From a virus, in IMG/VR virus record IMGVR_UViG_3300042402_005180, positions 1 to 64,000 of that record: 64,000 nt of DNA; one strand, 5' to 3'. Of this stretch, positions 1 to 9,411 are shown piece after piece (position 1 is the stretch's first letter; every line of letters starts with the position of its first letter). The notes below the pieces were generated by a model. That model searched no databases, was not told the DNA's origin, and saw only the letters and a program-made list of their open reading frames with translations. The translations under genes were made by a program, and so were the position numbers.

Positions 1-2
1 TT

Positions 3-206
3 GATGAACTATCTTATTCTAAAAAAGAAAAAGAAAAGCACACTAGCAAAATAGAAAAGATTAACAATGAGAAGAAAGAAAAGGATAAGAAGTCAAATTC
101 TTATTTTGGTAATTTTGATGGTCATGACGGGCATTCCAGCACTCATAGCAAATCTCCTGTCAAAGTAAAAAAAGAGCAAAGTGATTACGAGAGAGGCAAC
201 TTTTAA
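3..206 (+). CDS. 3' end of Lys-rich hypothetical protein (truncated by window start)
   Basis: Frame 3 is open from the window edge to TAA at 204-206 (DELSYSKKEKEK...YERGNF*). Confidence 0.6.
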   Translation, partial: DELSYSKKEKEKHTSKIEKINNEKKEKDKKSNSYFGNFDGHDGHSSTHSKSPVKVKKEQSDYERGNF

Positions 207-233
207 TAACAGTAATCAGCATAGGAAAAGGCG

Positions 234-1079
234 ATGAAAAATCTTAACGATAGAATAAAAGATATTCAAGATGCATTAGAGGAGTCTAATGCATTACAAT
301 ATGGTAAACCATCTAAAAATGATCCTCGTAAAACTCCCGCAAAGCCCGGAGAAAGAAAAAAGGGATCAAAGAAAAATGCTCCAGATTCAGCTAGCAAGCC
401 AAATCCCGATATTAAACAAGGAAAAAATACCACTAATACTCTTTCTTCAATGATGAAAGAACATAATGCAAAAGTTGAAAAAAATAAAAAAGGATTCAAG
501 GCTACTATGGGTCAGCTAAAATCTGTACAAAGAAGAGGAGAAGGAGCTTTTTCAACAAGTCATCACCCCTCAATGGACAGAAGGGGCTGGGGCATTGCTA
601 GAGTAAAAGCATTTTTATATCTTATGTACAACGGAAGACCATCAAATCCTAATTATAAACAGGACAATGATTTACTACCAAAAGATCACCCTAAATCAAG
701 CAAGAAGGCAAAAGCTATGAATATTAAACAACTAGAAGAGGCTTGGGCATCAATAAAAACTAAATCTAGCGAAGATGCAGAAGAAATTACAGAACAAGCG
801 ATAACTATGGCAAAAGGAAGCATCTCTTCATTAAAGAGACATATTGATCCATTAGTTGCAATGATTGCAAATGAAAATATGTCTTTCGCAGAACCTTGGG
901 TTCAGGGTAAACTTACCTTAGCCGACGACTACATTAAGGCGGTTCATGACTATGTAATGTCACAAAAAAATGAAGATAGCGAAGAAGAAGAACCTGAAGA
1001 AGAGGAAGAGCCAGAAGATTCTGAATCGAATAAAATTTATACTGGTGAAGACTTAATGAGAATCAAAAGGAGCAAATAA
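234..1079 (+). CDS. Modular Lys-rich phage protein with DUF5824-like domain and acidic tail; possible internal head protein
   Basis: LKSVQRRGEGAFSTSHHP...WGIARVKAFL resembles the DUF5824 motif; AGGA upstream; TAATG coupling to the next gene. Confidence 0.6.
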   Translation: MKNLNDRIKDIQDALEESNALQYGKPSKNDPRKTPAKPGERKKGSKKNAPDSASKPNPDIKQGKNTTNTLSSMMKEHNAKVEKNKKGFKATMGQLKSVQRRGEGAFSTSHHPSMDRRGWGIARVKAFLYLMYNGRPSNPNYKQDNDLLPKDHPKSSKKAKAMNIKQLEEAWASIKTKSSEDAEEITEQAITMAKGSISSLKRHIDPLVAMIANENMSFAEPWVQGKLTLADDYIKAVHDYVMSQKNEDSEEEEPEEEEEPEDSESNKIYTGEDLMRIKRSK

Positions 1080-1654
1080 TGCCCATTCCAAACAGAAAAA
1101 AAGGTCAGGATGAGAATTCTTTTATGTCAAGTTGCATGAGCAATCCTGCAATGAAAAAAGAATATCCAGACCAAAAGCAGCGTGTAGCAATTTGTATTCA
1201 ACAAAGCAAAGGCGATGATTTGCTTGGAAAGGCAAGTCTTTATATGGAATATGCCGAAGCTGAATGGGATGAAGAATGGGGCGAATTTACTTATGAAGTA
1301 ACAGTTGCAGGAGGAGTGTTCTACGAAGACACTAGAGATAAAACTCTTGATGGTGAAACTCCGCACGAAGGTCTTGGCAAAGATGATAAGGGCAAAGGTA
1401 AAAAAGTCAAATTAAATAAACCTTTTCGTACTCCGGGCGGACCTAAAAAGTTCTCAGTATATGTAAAAAATGAAAAAGGTAACGTAGTTAAAGTAAATTT
1501 TGGCGATCCCAATATGAGTATTAAAAGAGACGACCCAGAAAGACGAAAGTCTTATCGCGCCAGACATAATTGCGATAGTCCCGGTCCAAAATGGAAAGCT
1601 AATTACTGGAGCTGTAAAATGTGGTCTAAAACGAATGTGAGCGATTTAACATAA
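1079..1654 (+). CDS. Modular phage protein (MPIP...QRVAIC N-domain; DUF6321/DUF5754-like C-domain)
   Basis: VNFGDPNMSIKRDDPERRKSYRARHNC...ANYWSCKMW is a motif widespread in large phages. Confidence 0.6.
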   Translation: MPIPNRKKGQDENSFMSSCMSNPAMKKEYPDQKQRVAICIQQSKGDDLLGKASLYMEYAEAEWDEEWGEFTYEVTVAGGVFYEDTRDKTLDGETPHEGLGKDDKGKGKKVKLNKPFRTPGGPKKFSVYVKNEKGNVVKVNFGDPNMSIKRDDPERRKSYRARHNCDSPGPKWKANYWSCKMWSKTNVSDLT

Positions 1655-1663
1655 GGAAATAAT

Positions 1664-2335
1664 ATGTATTCTCAGGAAGCACAGGATGAGTTCGCTTATT
1701 TATTAAATAACAAGCAACCCGGATTTTATTTGGATATTGGTGCTGGAGATGGATTTATGGAACCTAACGGGGGAAATACTCTATTTCTAGAAGAAAATGG
1801 TTGGGATGGAATTTTAATAGAAGGTAGGCTAGATTATTATTTGGCAGGAAAGGATAGAAGAAAAGGTAAATTTGTTCACGCAATGATACCAGATACGCCT
1901 CTGAAGAAAATCCTTGATGACAATAATGCTCCTAAATTAATAGATTATATTTCTATGGATATCGATCCTGTTACATATATCGCATTAGAAAATTTTCCAT
2001 TTGATGATTATGAGTTTAAAATTTTAACTTTTGAGCATGATCTTTATTGTGGAATTTTAAATGATAGCATACATCCAACAGTGCCGAAAGAAGCCTACAT
2101 CGAACAAAAACGCAAATCTCAAGAATTACTCTTCAATAAAGGCTATAGACTTCTTTGCGAAGATGTGAAAGCTGGATTTTGGTATAAGCCGTTCGAAGAT
2201 TGGTGGGTAAATCCAAAATATTTCTCAGAGGCGTTTATTAATTGTAACCAATTCAAAGGAAGACTTGGTGGATATATTGTGGAACATTTGGATCTTACTG
2301 GAGAAATATACAGTAAGCATACGTACAAAGGATAA
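1664..2335 (+). CDS. FkbM-family (Methyltransf_21) SAM methyltransferase
   Basis: GFYLDIGAGDG motif I, NTLFLEENGWDGILIE, IDYISMDID, ILTFEH. Confidence 0.85.
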   Translation: MYSQEAQDEFAYLLNNKQPGFYLDIGAGDGFMEPNGGNTLFLEENGWDGILIEGRLDYYLAGKDRRKGKFVHAMIPDTPLKKILDDNNAPKLIDYISMDIDPVTYIALENFPFDDYEFKILTFEHDLYCGILNDSIHPTVPKEAYIEQKRKSQELLFNKGYRLLCEDVKAGFWYKPFEDWWVNPKYFSEAFINCNQFKGRLGGYIVEHLDLTGEIYSKHTYKG

Positions 2336-2338
2336 TAT

Positions 2339-3127
2339 ATGATATATGATTGCTTTCAATTCTTCAACGAATTCGATGTTGTAGAGATTCGTTTGGAAGA
2401 ACTGTACCCTATTGTTGATAAGTTTGTAATATGTGAATCTACTTTAACTCACAGCAATAAACCAAATGAATTAAAGTTTATGAAACATAAAGATAGATAT
2501 GCAAAATATCTTGATAAGATCACATATATCGTTTATGATTCTTTTCCAGAAAATATAGGTTACTGGACATTAGAAAATGCTCAAAGAAAATATCTATTAT
2601 CTGGAATTGATATGCAAAATCTGAAACCAGATGATATATTAATGATTTCAGATGCAGATGAGATACCTAATAGATCGTTTTTATCGGAATTGTTAAACAG
2701 TTATAATTTTAATCATCCCGTCACTATTTGCCAACAGTTGTATTATAGTAAGTTAACACATAAAGTTATTGAACCATCAATGCATAAAAATTGGGGAGGT
2801 ACAGTAGCCATACCCGGAAAAACATTTAAATATAATCCAGATTTTCAATTCTATAGAAATGGGAAAGATATTGGAGCTAGATTTTTTGATACTGGAAGTT
2901 GGCATTTCTCGTACATGGGAACAACTGAAGATATTAAAAATAAAATACAGTCATTTTGTCACAGCGAATGGGATCAAGAAAGCGTATTAAATAAAATTGA
3001 ATCAAATGTTTCTAGCTGTAGAGACCCATTAGGAAGACCGGAATTTAGACTGGAAAAGGTAGAAATAGATAATACTTATCCAGAATTAGTAAAATCTAAC
3101 CCAGAGAAATTTGAGCATATTATATGA
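2339..3127 (+). CDS. GT17-family (MGAT3-like) beta-1,4-N-acetylglucosaminyltransferase
   Basis: MIYDCFQFFNE...IRLEELYPIVDKFVICES, SDADEIP (DxD), WHFSY, KIQSFCHSE. Confidence 0.88.
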   Translation: MIYDCFQFFNEFDVVEIRLEELYPIVDKFVICESTLTHSNKPNELKFMKHKDRYAKYLDKITYIVYDSFPENIGYWTLENAQRKYLLSGIDMQNLKPDDILMISDADEIPNRSFLSELLNSYNFNHPVTICQQLYYSKLTHKVIEPSMHKNWGGTVAIPGKTFKYNPDFQFYRNGKDIGARFFDTGSWHFSYMGTTEDIKNKIQSFCHSEWDQESVLNKIESNVSSCRDPLGRPEFRLEKVEIDNTYPELVKSNPEKFEHII

Positions 3128-3918
3128 TATACGATTGTTTTCAATTTTTTAATGAATTTGATACTTTAGAAATAAGACTAGAAGAGCTTTATCCTGTTGT
3201 TGATTTATTTGTAATATGTGAATCAACAATGACTCATAGTGGCAAATCAAAGAATTTAAGATATCTTGAAAATTCAAATAGATATAAAAAATATCAAGAT
3301 AAGATAAAGTATATTGTATATGATCAATTTCCTACTCAATATACAAGCTGGATGCTCGAAAACAATCAAAGAAGATTTATGATCACGGCAATACCAACCA
3401 GTATTAAAGATAGTGATTTAGTTTTTATTTCTGATGTTGATGAAATTCCACGAAGATCTTTTATGGAAAAGATAGTAAAGGACCACTATAGGAATAATAG
3501 TATCGCATTCCCAGTAACTCTATGTACTCAGTTATACTATAATAAACTGACATATAAAGTAACAGAACCAGATGAATTTCATAACTGGAGGGGAACTGTT
3601 GTTATAGATGGAAAAACCTTAAAGCAAAATTCAGACTTGCATTGGTATAGACATTACAAGGATACGTTCCCTAATATTAAGAACACTGGATGGCATTTTT
3701 CTTATCTTGGAGATGAAAAGCAGATTATTGAAAAGATAGAATCATTTGCTCACACAGAGAGCGATACACCCGAAATTAAAGAAACGATCAGAAATAATTT
3801 AGATAAGTGTGTCGATTTATTTGGAAGAACTGAATATAAAATGGAGCATGTTGAAGTTGATGATACCTATCCTGAGTTAGTCAAAAACAATATTGAAAGA
3901 TTTAGGCATCTAGTATGA
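3124..3918 (+). CDS. GT17-family glycosyltransferase, tandem paralogue
   Basis: Same motifs (SDVDEIP, GWHFSY, KIESFAHTE); ATGA overlap. Confidence 0.88.
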   Translation: MIYDCFQFFNEFDTLEIRLEELYPVVDLFVICESTMTHSGKSKNLRYLENSNRYKKYQDKIKYIVYDQFPTQYTSWMLENNQRRFMITAIPTSIKDSDLVFISDVDEIPRRSFMEKIVKDHYRNNSIAFPVTLCTQLYYNKLTYKVTEPDEFHNWRGTVVIDGKTLKQNSDLHWYRHYKDTFPNIKNTGWHFSYLGDEKQIIEKIESFAHTESDTPEIKETIRNNLDKCVDLFGRTEYKMEHVEVDDTYPELVKNNIERFRHLV

Positions 3919-4640
3919 AAGTTACATGTGGAAATTATGGCATGGGAGATACTTTACTTATGACTGCGATATGTAAATATTTCCCATTTAAATTTACTAT
4001 CCTACTTCCTAAAGATCAAGAGAAGTTCAAAATTTTTTTTGATAATTTAGCAAAGGTAGAAATAACAGATAATGTGCCATTTGAGATAATGACAAAAAAT
4101 AGCTTGCCTAAGTTGGGAAATGGGCATTATACAACTAGAATGCTCAGGGGGATTTTTGGTAGTTATGGCGATCTAATTGACAATAGACCTCTCGTGATAT
4201 CAAGCAACTTCTCTGCTGATACGTGGACATATGAGTATTTAAAAGACAAACCAAATCCGGTTATAGTATCACCTATGTGTTCCGCGCTTGCTAAAGATAT
4301 TAGAGGAATTTCTGAAAATGATTGCTCTAAAATTATAGAACTGCTTAAAAGAAAAAGATATACTCCAATTTTAATATTGTCATCTTCGTATACTTATGAT
4401 AAGAATATAGCAGAACATGTATTAATAGATCTCGAAATTACAAAATACCTATCTCTTATGAAAAAAGTTGGATTATATTATGGAAGCAATACAGGAGATA
4501 AACACCTAGCAGTTGCAGTAGGAGCAGAGACTCACGTATTTGAGCCGGAAAATCACCCAATGTTCAATCCATCAGAATGGGACTACAATCATCCAACTAT
4601 TAAATACTACAGAGGAAAAGATAAATGGTTTCAATTTTAG
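3915..4640 (+). CDS. GT9-like (heptosyltransferase-type) GT-B glycosyltransferase
   Basis: GMGDTLLMT at the N-terminus; NTGDKHLAVAVG resembles the GT9 DSGPMHLAAA motif. Confidence 0.65.
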   Translation: MKVTCGNYGMGDTLLMTAICKYFPFKFTILLPKDQEKFKIFFDNLAKVEITDNVPFEIMTKNSLPKLGNGHYTTRMLRGIFGSYGDLIDNRPLVISSNFSADTWTYEYLKDKPNPVIVSPMCSALAKDIRGISENDCSKIIELLKRKRYTPILILSSSYTYDKNIAEHVLIDLEITKYLSLMKKVGLYYGSNTGDKHLAVAVGAETHVFEPENHPMFNPSEWDYNHPTIKYYRGKDKWFQF

Positions 4641-4951
4641 TAGATGAAGGATATGCATATGATTATCTTGCTATTTTAATAGTTAAAAATAGTTTTCCAT
4701 TGTCCGATTTTATTTCGGGATATATAGCTGGACAAGTCGGAGGCAAAAAGCATAACGATATTATCACTTCAGAAGAGTTTAAGAATTTGATACAGGTAAA
4801 TAGAGAAACTTTTATTGCGGTGGAAAAAGCACGATATGGAGAGATCTCTGCAAAAGAGGTTGACAATGCCAACATGAAGAGATATAATTCAAAGGTGGAA
4901 CTGCAAAATAAATTTTTTCCAGAATCAAAAGTGACAGAGGTAAAAACTTGA
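4625..4951 (+). CDS. Hypothetical protein in glycosylation cluster (DUF6165-like)
   Basis: Overlapping ORF with GAGG RBS; weak resemblance only. Confidence 0.5.
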   Translation: MVSILVDEGYAYDYLAILIVKNSFPLSDFISGYIAGQVGGKKHNDIITSEEFKNLIQVNRETFIAVEKARYGEISAKEVDNANMKRYNSKVELQNKFFPESKVTEVKT

Positions 4952-5661
4952 AGACGCTAACAATTTCATTATATAATAGACCAAAATACACTGCTACACT
5001 TTTACAACATCTTGATCAGTGCTTTGGCATTGAAGATTATAAAATAACAATTTGTTGCGACCCCGGATCAAAAGAAGTTGAAAAACTAGCTAAAAACTTT
5101 AGACCAAATCAAACTGAAACAATTATAAATAAACGAAGAATGGGATGTAATACTAATATCTACCAGTCGCTTGCAATTGGATTTTCACAAAATGATTATC
5201 ATATTCACTTTGAAGACGATACAATTCCCGGAAAAGATTGTTTGAAATATTTTGAATGGGCAAAACAATTTAGAGATGATTCTAGTCTATTTACGGTTTG
5301 CGGATATGTCACATCGGATAATTTAACAGAACATCACTATCCTAAAAATAATAATACAGATAGAGTATTTCGCAGATGCTGGTTCACTCCTTGGGGCTGG
5401 GCAACATGGAAAAGTAGATTTGATGAGATGGAAAAAGTTTGGGATTTTCAAGGGCGAAATGGCAGTTGGGACGCTACTATAAATCATGTAGCAAGAAAAG
5501 AAAGATGGGAGTTATTCCCAACTATTTCAAGAATACAAAATATTGGTGCTGAAATGGGAACTCATGTTCCAAATTCTGAATGGCATAAACAGCATCATTT
5601 TAACGAGTACTGGATAGAATCAATAAATATGTATACTAATAACTTTAAGGAAATTTTATGA
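4948..5661 (+). CDS. GT-A fold glycosyltransferase (GT2/GT13-like)
   Basis: YNRPKY, HFEDD, FTPWGWATWKSRF, SWD, SRIQNIG motifs. Confidence 0.8.
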   Translation: MKTLTISLYNRPKYTATLLQHLDQCFGIEDYKITICCDPGSKEVEKLAKNFRPNQTETIINKRRMGCNTNIYQSLAIGFSQNDYHIHFEDDTIPGKDCLKYFEWAKQFRDDSSLFTVCGYVTSDNLTEHHYPKNNNTDRVFRRCWFTPWGWATWKSRFDEMEKVWDFQGRNGSWDATINHVARKERWELFPTISRIQNIGAEMGTHVPNSEWHKQHHFNEYWIESINMYTNNFKEIL

Positions 5662-6239
5662 ATATAGTACAAGTTGGATGTAATCATGGCGATGATCACG
5701 TTTTCCATTATATTAAATCTAATAAAAATGCAATTAAAAATGCATATTTAATAGAACCTATGAAATCCGCTTTGAATATGGCGGTAAATCATTATAGTGG
5801 ATTTGAAAATGTACACTTCTTTAATATTGCCATAACAGAAGATCCAAATAAAAAAGAATTAGAATTATTTATGCCAGCAAATGAAGTAAGATGCGAAGCC
5901 ACTTCAGTCAAGAGAGAACATGTTGTAATGCATGTTAAGCATCAAGATATCATATCATTTACGGTTCCAGCAATGACTATTAATGATTTTTTCGATAGTC
6001 AAAATTTAAAAATAATTGATAGATTATATATTGATACAGAAGGTCTTGATTGTGATATAGTGAATACCATTGATCTTGATAAATATGATATTAAAAGAAT
6101 ACAATTTGAACACATCCATGCTGAGTTTTCATTAAGTTTTGGCAATAGTATATTATATAATAATATATTATCTAAACTAACAAAAGCGGGGTACACTTTA
6201 ACTACAAGTGGATTTGATACAATAGCTGAAATAAGTTAA
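5658..6239 (+). CDS. FkbM-family methyltransferase
   Basis: IVQVGCNHG, LIEP, NIAIT, IDRLYIDTEGLD, IQFEH. Confidence 0.85.
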   Translation: MNIVQVGCNHGDDHVFHYIKSNKNAIKNAYLIEPMKSALNMAVNHYSGFENVHFFNIAITEDPNKKELELFMPANEVRCEATSVKREHVVMHVKHQDIISFTVPAMTINDFFDSQNLKIIDRLYIDTEGLDCDIVNTIDLDKYDIKRIQFEHIHAEFSLSFGNSILYNNILSKLTKAGYTLTTSGFDTIAEIS

Positions 6240-6288
6240 TTGTGTAATATTATATAGTGTCAAATATTTTTATATAGGAGAGTTTCAA

Positions 6289-6462
6289 ATGAAAAAAAAT
6301 TATATAGACGCAATGAGTGGATACGCAGAAGCCGAAAAGCCCGGATTATGGGAAAATATCCAAAAGAAAAAGCAGCGAGAAGGCAAAAACTATAAACCGG
6401 CAAAGCCGGGAGACCCTGATCGTCCAGACCCTGAAGCGTTGAAAAAAGCACAATCTTCATAA
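6289..6462 (+). CDS. Small basic protein, 57 aa (absent from ORF track)
   Basis: GGAG at 6277-6280; MKKNYIDAMSGYAEAEKPGLWENIQKKKQREGKNYKPAKPGDPDRPDPEALKKAQSS*; the PGLWxNI motif is typical of small phage proteins. Confidence 0.8.
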   Translation: MKKNYIDAMSGYAEAEKPGLWENIQKKKQREGKNYKPAKPGDPDRPDPEALKKAQSS

Positions 6463-6471
6463 AATCTTCAC

Positions 6472-6499
6472 TTGACTTTTGATTATTCAGTGTTATAAT
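6472..6499 (+). promoter_or_regulatory. Sigma70-type promoter
   Basis: TTGACT-16-TATAAT with TGn extension. Confidence 0.65.
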
Positions 6500-6510
6500 A
6501 ATGTTGTCGA

Positions 6511-6541
6511 AGGGCGACGAATAGAGTCGCCTCTTTATTTT
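6511..6541 (+). terminator. Probable intrinsic terminator
   Basis: GGCGAC/GTCGCC stem followed by TCTTTATTTT. Confidence 0.5.
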
Positions 6542-6571
6542 AATAGAATTAATTCACTTCTATTGAATTAT

Positions 6572-6582
6572 TGTGTATAGTA
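6572..6582 (+). promoter_or_regulatory. Phage-specific promoter motif TGTGTATARTA
   Basis: TGTGTATAGTA just upstream of AAGGAG RBS and ATG 6606; motif recurs 6 times in sense orientation. Confidence 0.6.
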
Positions 6583-6605
6583 TAACAAGCGAAAGGAGCT
6601 TTAAA

Positions 6606-7331
6606 ATGCTAACACAAAAAGATATCGAAGATGTAATTAATAGTGAAAACTCTATTGTGGATTTCTGTAAATCTAAAAATATTTCAAAAAGAACATTTTA
6701 TAACTATATGAATAAATATGGTATTAAAAATTCTAAAAATAAAAATTCAAAAAATAAAATTAAATCTACAATTGGAAATAAGTATAATCGCTGGACAGTA
6801 TTAAACTATATAGGAGATACAGAAACTTCAAATGGTATATTAAACTGTAAATGCGAATGTGGCACTGAACAAAATGTAAGATATTATGACTTAATTTCTG
6901 GACAAACTAAAGGCTGCAACTCATGCTCTAGAATTGAAAGAAGTAAAAATTGTGGAAAGTATGAACGAAAATATGGAAAAGAAAATCATAGCTTTAAAGG
7001 TTATGAAAAGATATCTGGTCACTACTGGTCAGTAGTTAAAAATAGAGCAAAAAAAAGAGGTAATGAGCTTTCTATATCTATAGAATATGCGTATGAAATA
7101 TTAAAAAAACAAAATTTTAAATGCGCAATAAGTGGAATAGATATTTATTTACCACAAATAGACAATAAAAAATGGACCGCAACATTAGATAGAATAGATT
7201 CTGCAAAAGGTTATATCGAAGGTAATGTGCAATGGTTGCATAAAGATATTAATACTATGAAATGGGCGTTTAGTCAAGAGCAATTTCTTAATTATTGCAG
7301 AATAATAGTGGAGAATAATAAAAGTGATTAA
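6606..7331 (+). CDS. Free-standing HNH-like homing endonuclease (HTH + CxCxCG zinc module + LDRIDS..GY..GNVQW nuclease domain)
   Basis: [10 protein letters not shown]...CKCECG...GCNSC; CAISG...[27 protein letters not shown]; start moved to ATG 6606 after AAGGAG. Confidence 0.75.
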   Translation: MLTQKDIEDVINSENSIVDFCKSKNISKRTFYNYMNKYGIKNSKNKNSKNKIKSTIGNKYNRWTVLNYIGDTETSNGILNCKCECGTEQNVRYYDLISGQTKGCNSCSRIERSKNCGKYERKYGKENHSFKGYEKISGHYWSVVKNRAKKRGNELSISIEYAYEILKKQNFKCAISGIDIYLPQIDNKKWTATLDRIDSAKGYIEGNVQWLHKDINTMKWAFSQEQFLNYCRIIVENNKSD

Positions 7332-8445
7332 AAACAAAAATGTTCGTCGTGGATTTTCTCTAATTGAGCTGTTAGTAACTATTTCAATTATCGCTGTATT
7401 AATCAGTCTTCTTCTTCCGGCTGTACAATCAGCAAGAGAAGCGGCTCGAAGATCTCAGTGTGTTAATAATCTCAAGCAAATCGGACTAGCGGCACACAAC
7501 TTTGAAAGTATTAGAGGAACACTTCCACGATCAGGCGAACATAATCTTCCGGTAAACTCTCAAGTTTATAAAACCCAAGATTATCATAGTACGTTCACAA
7601 TGATTCTTGGAACAATTGAGCAAGGTAATGTATATAATCAATTCAATCTACAGCTACCTTATAATTTTGCAGGGAACACAACAGCAACTAATACAATGAT
7701 TGCGACATTCTTGTGTCCAACAAATGCCTTGTCATCAGATAGAAACAATGGAAAAGACAGCGTTGGATTTGGATGTATTGACTATGCAACAGCCCCGTAT
7801 ACGGAAATCATGGCAAATGGAACGACAAAGTGGCAAACTGGATATGTATCTCCAGTTCCTATGGATGGTCCACTAACTGGCAGTCCTTACCCAGTATCAG
7901 CCTATACAGTATTTAATTGCTCTAGCTGCTCTAGCATTAAAACTTATCAGATCGACCCTAGTAAAGTAATTTCAGGAGCAGTCGATATTTTTCAAGGCGT
8001 ACCAATTTCAGCAACTACAGATGGCACTTCTAACACTGCTATGTTTTATGAAGACACGGGCAGAAGTCCAAAAATGCAAGGAACTGGAAATTACTCAATG
8101 CCTACCACTGATTACTTGCCAGACTTGAACGCTCCCGCTCCTTATGTTGCTGGGGCAAGACGTAGCTGGCGATGGGGCGATCCAGATAATGCTGCTGGCG
8201 TATCTAGCGGTATTAATAATAATAGAAATGGATCATTTAGTCAAATTAGTTGCGGAGGAACTGCAACATGGTCAACTCACGACTGCGGACCAAACAATGA
8301 AATCTTTAGCTGGCATCCGGGCGGAGCAAATATCTGTATGTCAGATGGCAGTGTAAGATTTGTAAAAGAAACAGCATCAACTTCTGTAGTTAGATCTTTG
8401 ATTACAAGAGCTGGTGGAGAAGTAATTTCCGCAGATTCTTATTGA
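7324..8445 (+). CDS. DUF1559 / prepilin-type N-terminal cleavage-methylation protein with H-X9-DG C-terminal motif
   Basis: RRG|[50 protein letters not shown]; FLCPT; [17 protein letters not shown]. Confidence 0.95.
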   Translation: MIKNKNVRRGFSLIELLVTISIIAVLISLLLPAVQSAREAARRSQCVNNLKQIGLAAHNFESIRGTLPRSGEHNLPVNSQVYKTQDYHSTFTMILGTIEQGNVYNQFNLQLPYNFAGNTTATNTMIATFLCPTNALSSDRNNGKDSVGFGCIDYATAPYTEIMANGTTKWQTGYVSPVPMDGPLTGSPYPVSAYTVFNCSSCSSIKTYQIDPSKVISGAVDIFQGVPISATTDGTSNTAMFYEDTGRSPKMQGTGNYSMPTTDYLPDLNAPAPYVAGARRSWRWGDPDNAAGVSSGINNNRNGSFSQISCGGTATWSTHDCGPNNEIFSWHPGGANICMSDGSVRFVKETASTSVVRSLITRAGGEVISADSY

Positions 8446-8469
8446 CATAAAGACGAAACCTGTTATAAT
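8442..8469 (+). promoter_or_regulatory. Consensus sigma70 promoter
   Basis: TTGACA-16-TATAAT with TGn. Confidence 0.8.
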
Positions 8470-8502
8470 AGAGCTATCCAGAATTGGGTAGCTCTTTTTT
8501 TT
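8470..8502 (+). terminator. Intrinsic terminator
   Basis: AGAGCTATCCA-GAAT-TGGGTAGCTCT stem plus T tract. Confidence 0.85.
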
Positions 8503-8875
8503 GGAGAAAACAATGGTAGAATTTTTATTGCAGAATGAAATATTTGTATTTGGTAGTAATACTGAAGGTAGGCACGGTGCTGGGGCAGCTAAAACCGCTA
8601 TGATGTGGGGTGCAAAATACGGACAAGCTAAGGGGCGGCAGGGCCAGACATACGCTATAATAACTAAAGATTTACAAAAGGGGTTTGTGGGATGGGATTA
8701 TGTACGAGAACAATTAGTAGAGCTAATAAAATACGCCCATATACACGATGATCTTATCTTCCTGTTAACTCCTCTTGCAACTGGTTTTGCCGGTCAAACA
8801 ATTGAAGATCTAGAAGATAATATTAAAGATCTTTATTTTCCAGACAATATTATCAAAATTTGGCAGAATGATTAA
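8501..8875 (+). CDS. A1S_2505-family macro-domain-like phage protein
   Basis: NEIFVFGSNTEGRHGAGAAKTA...GQTYAI...FLLTPLATGFAG; true start is probably ATG 8513 after GGAG. Confidence 0.8.
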   Translation: MEKTMVEFLLQNEIFVFGSNTEGRHGAGAAKTAMMWGAKYGQAKGRQGQTYAIITKDLQKGFVGWDYVREQLVELIKYAHIHDDLIFLLTPLATGFAGQTIEDLEDNIKDLYFPDNIIKIWQND

Positions 8876-8910
8876 ACGTGCGATAAGCACAAGAAAAAGG
8901 AGAAAAAGCA

Positions 8911-9408
8911 ATGTCGTGGACAATTAATGACGTTAAAATCTTTGCTCAAAAAGCTCACAGTGGACAAAAACGATGGAGCGGAGCAGATTACTACGAAGAT
9001 CACATTTTAAAAGTATATGAAAATACTAAAAAATTTCTTGATGATAATCGTGCAGATCTTGATTTGTATTTTGAAACTTACCAGATTAATGAATCTGACG
9101 TATTGGCAGCTGCACTTCTTCATGACACAATTGAAGATACAGACGTAACTTTTCAAGAACTTGTAGATGTTTTCAATTCAAATGTAGCAACTATTGTTAG
9201 ATTATTAACACATGAAAAAAATGTAGATTATGCAGAATATATCTTTAATCTAATTGATTGTTCTATTCCAGAAAAATTAGCTGCATGTATCATAAAAATT
9301 GCCGACTTGCAGCATAATTGTTTAAATTTTCCAAATGGTAAACCTAAATATTCAATATATCTTCTTTCAAAAAGATTGTTGGAAAATTTTCTTACTGATT
9401 GTTTATAA
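8911..9408 (+). CDS. HD-domain (p)ppGpp-hydrolase-like protein (small alarmone hydrolase type)
   Basis: AQKAHSGQKR.SG..Y...H, AALLHDTIEDT, LLTH, IKIADLQHN match the RelA/SpoT hydrolase (HD_4) pattern. Confidence 0.85.
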   Translation: MSWTINDVKIFAQKAHSGQKRWSGADYYEDHILKVYENTKKFLDDNRADLDLYFETYQINESDVLAAALLHDTIEDTDVTFQELVDVFNSNVATIVRLLTHEKNVDYAEYIFNLIDCSIPEKLAACIIKIADLQHNCLNFPNGKPKYSIYLLSKRLLENFLTDCL

Positions 9409-9411
9409 ATA

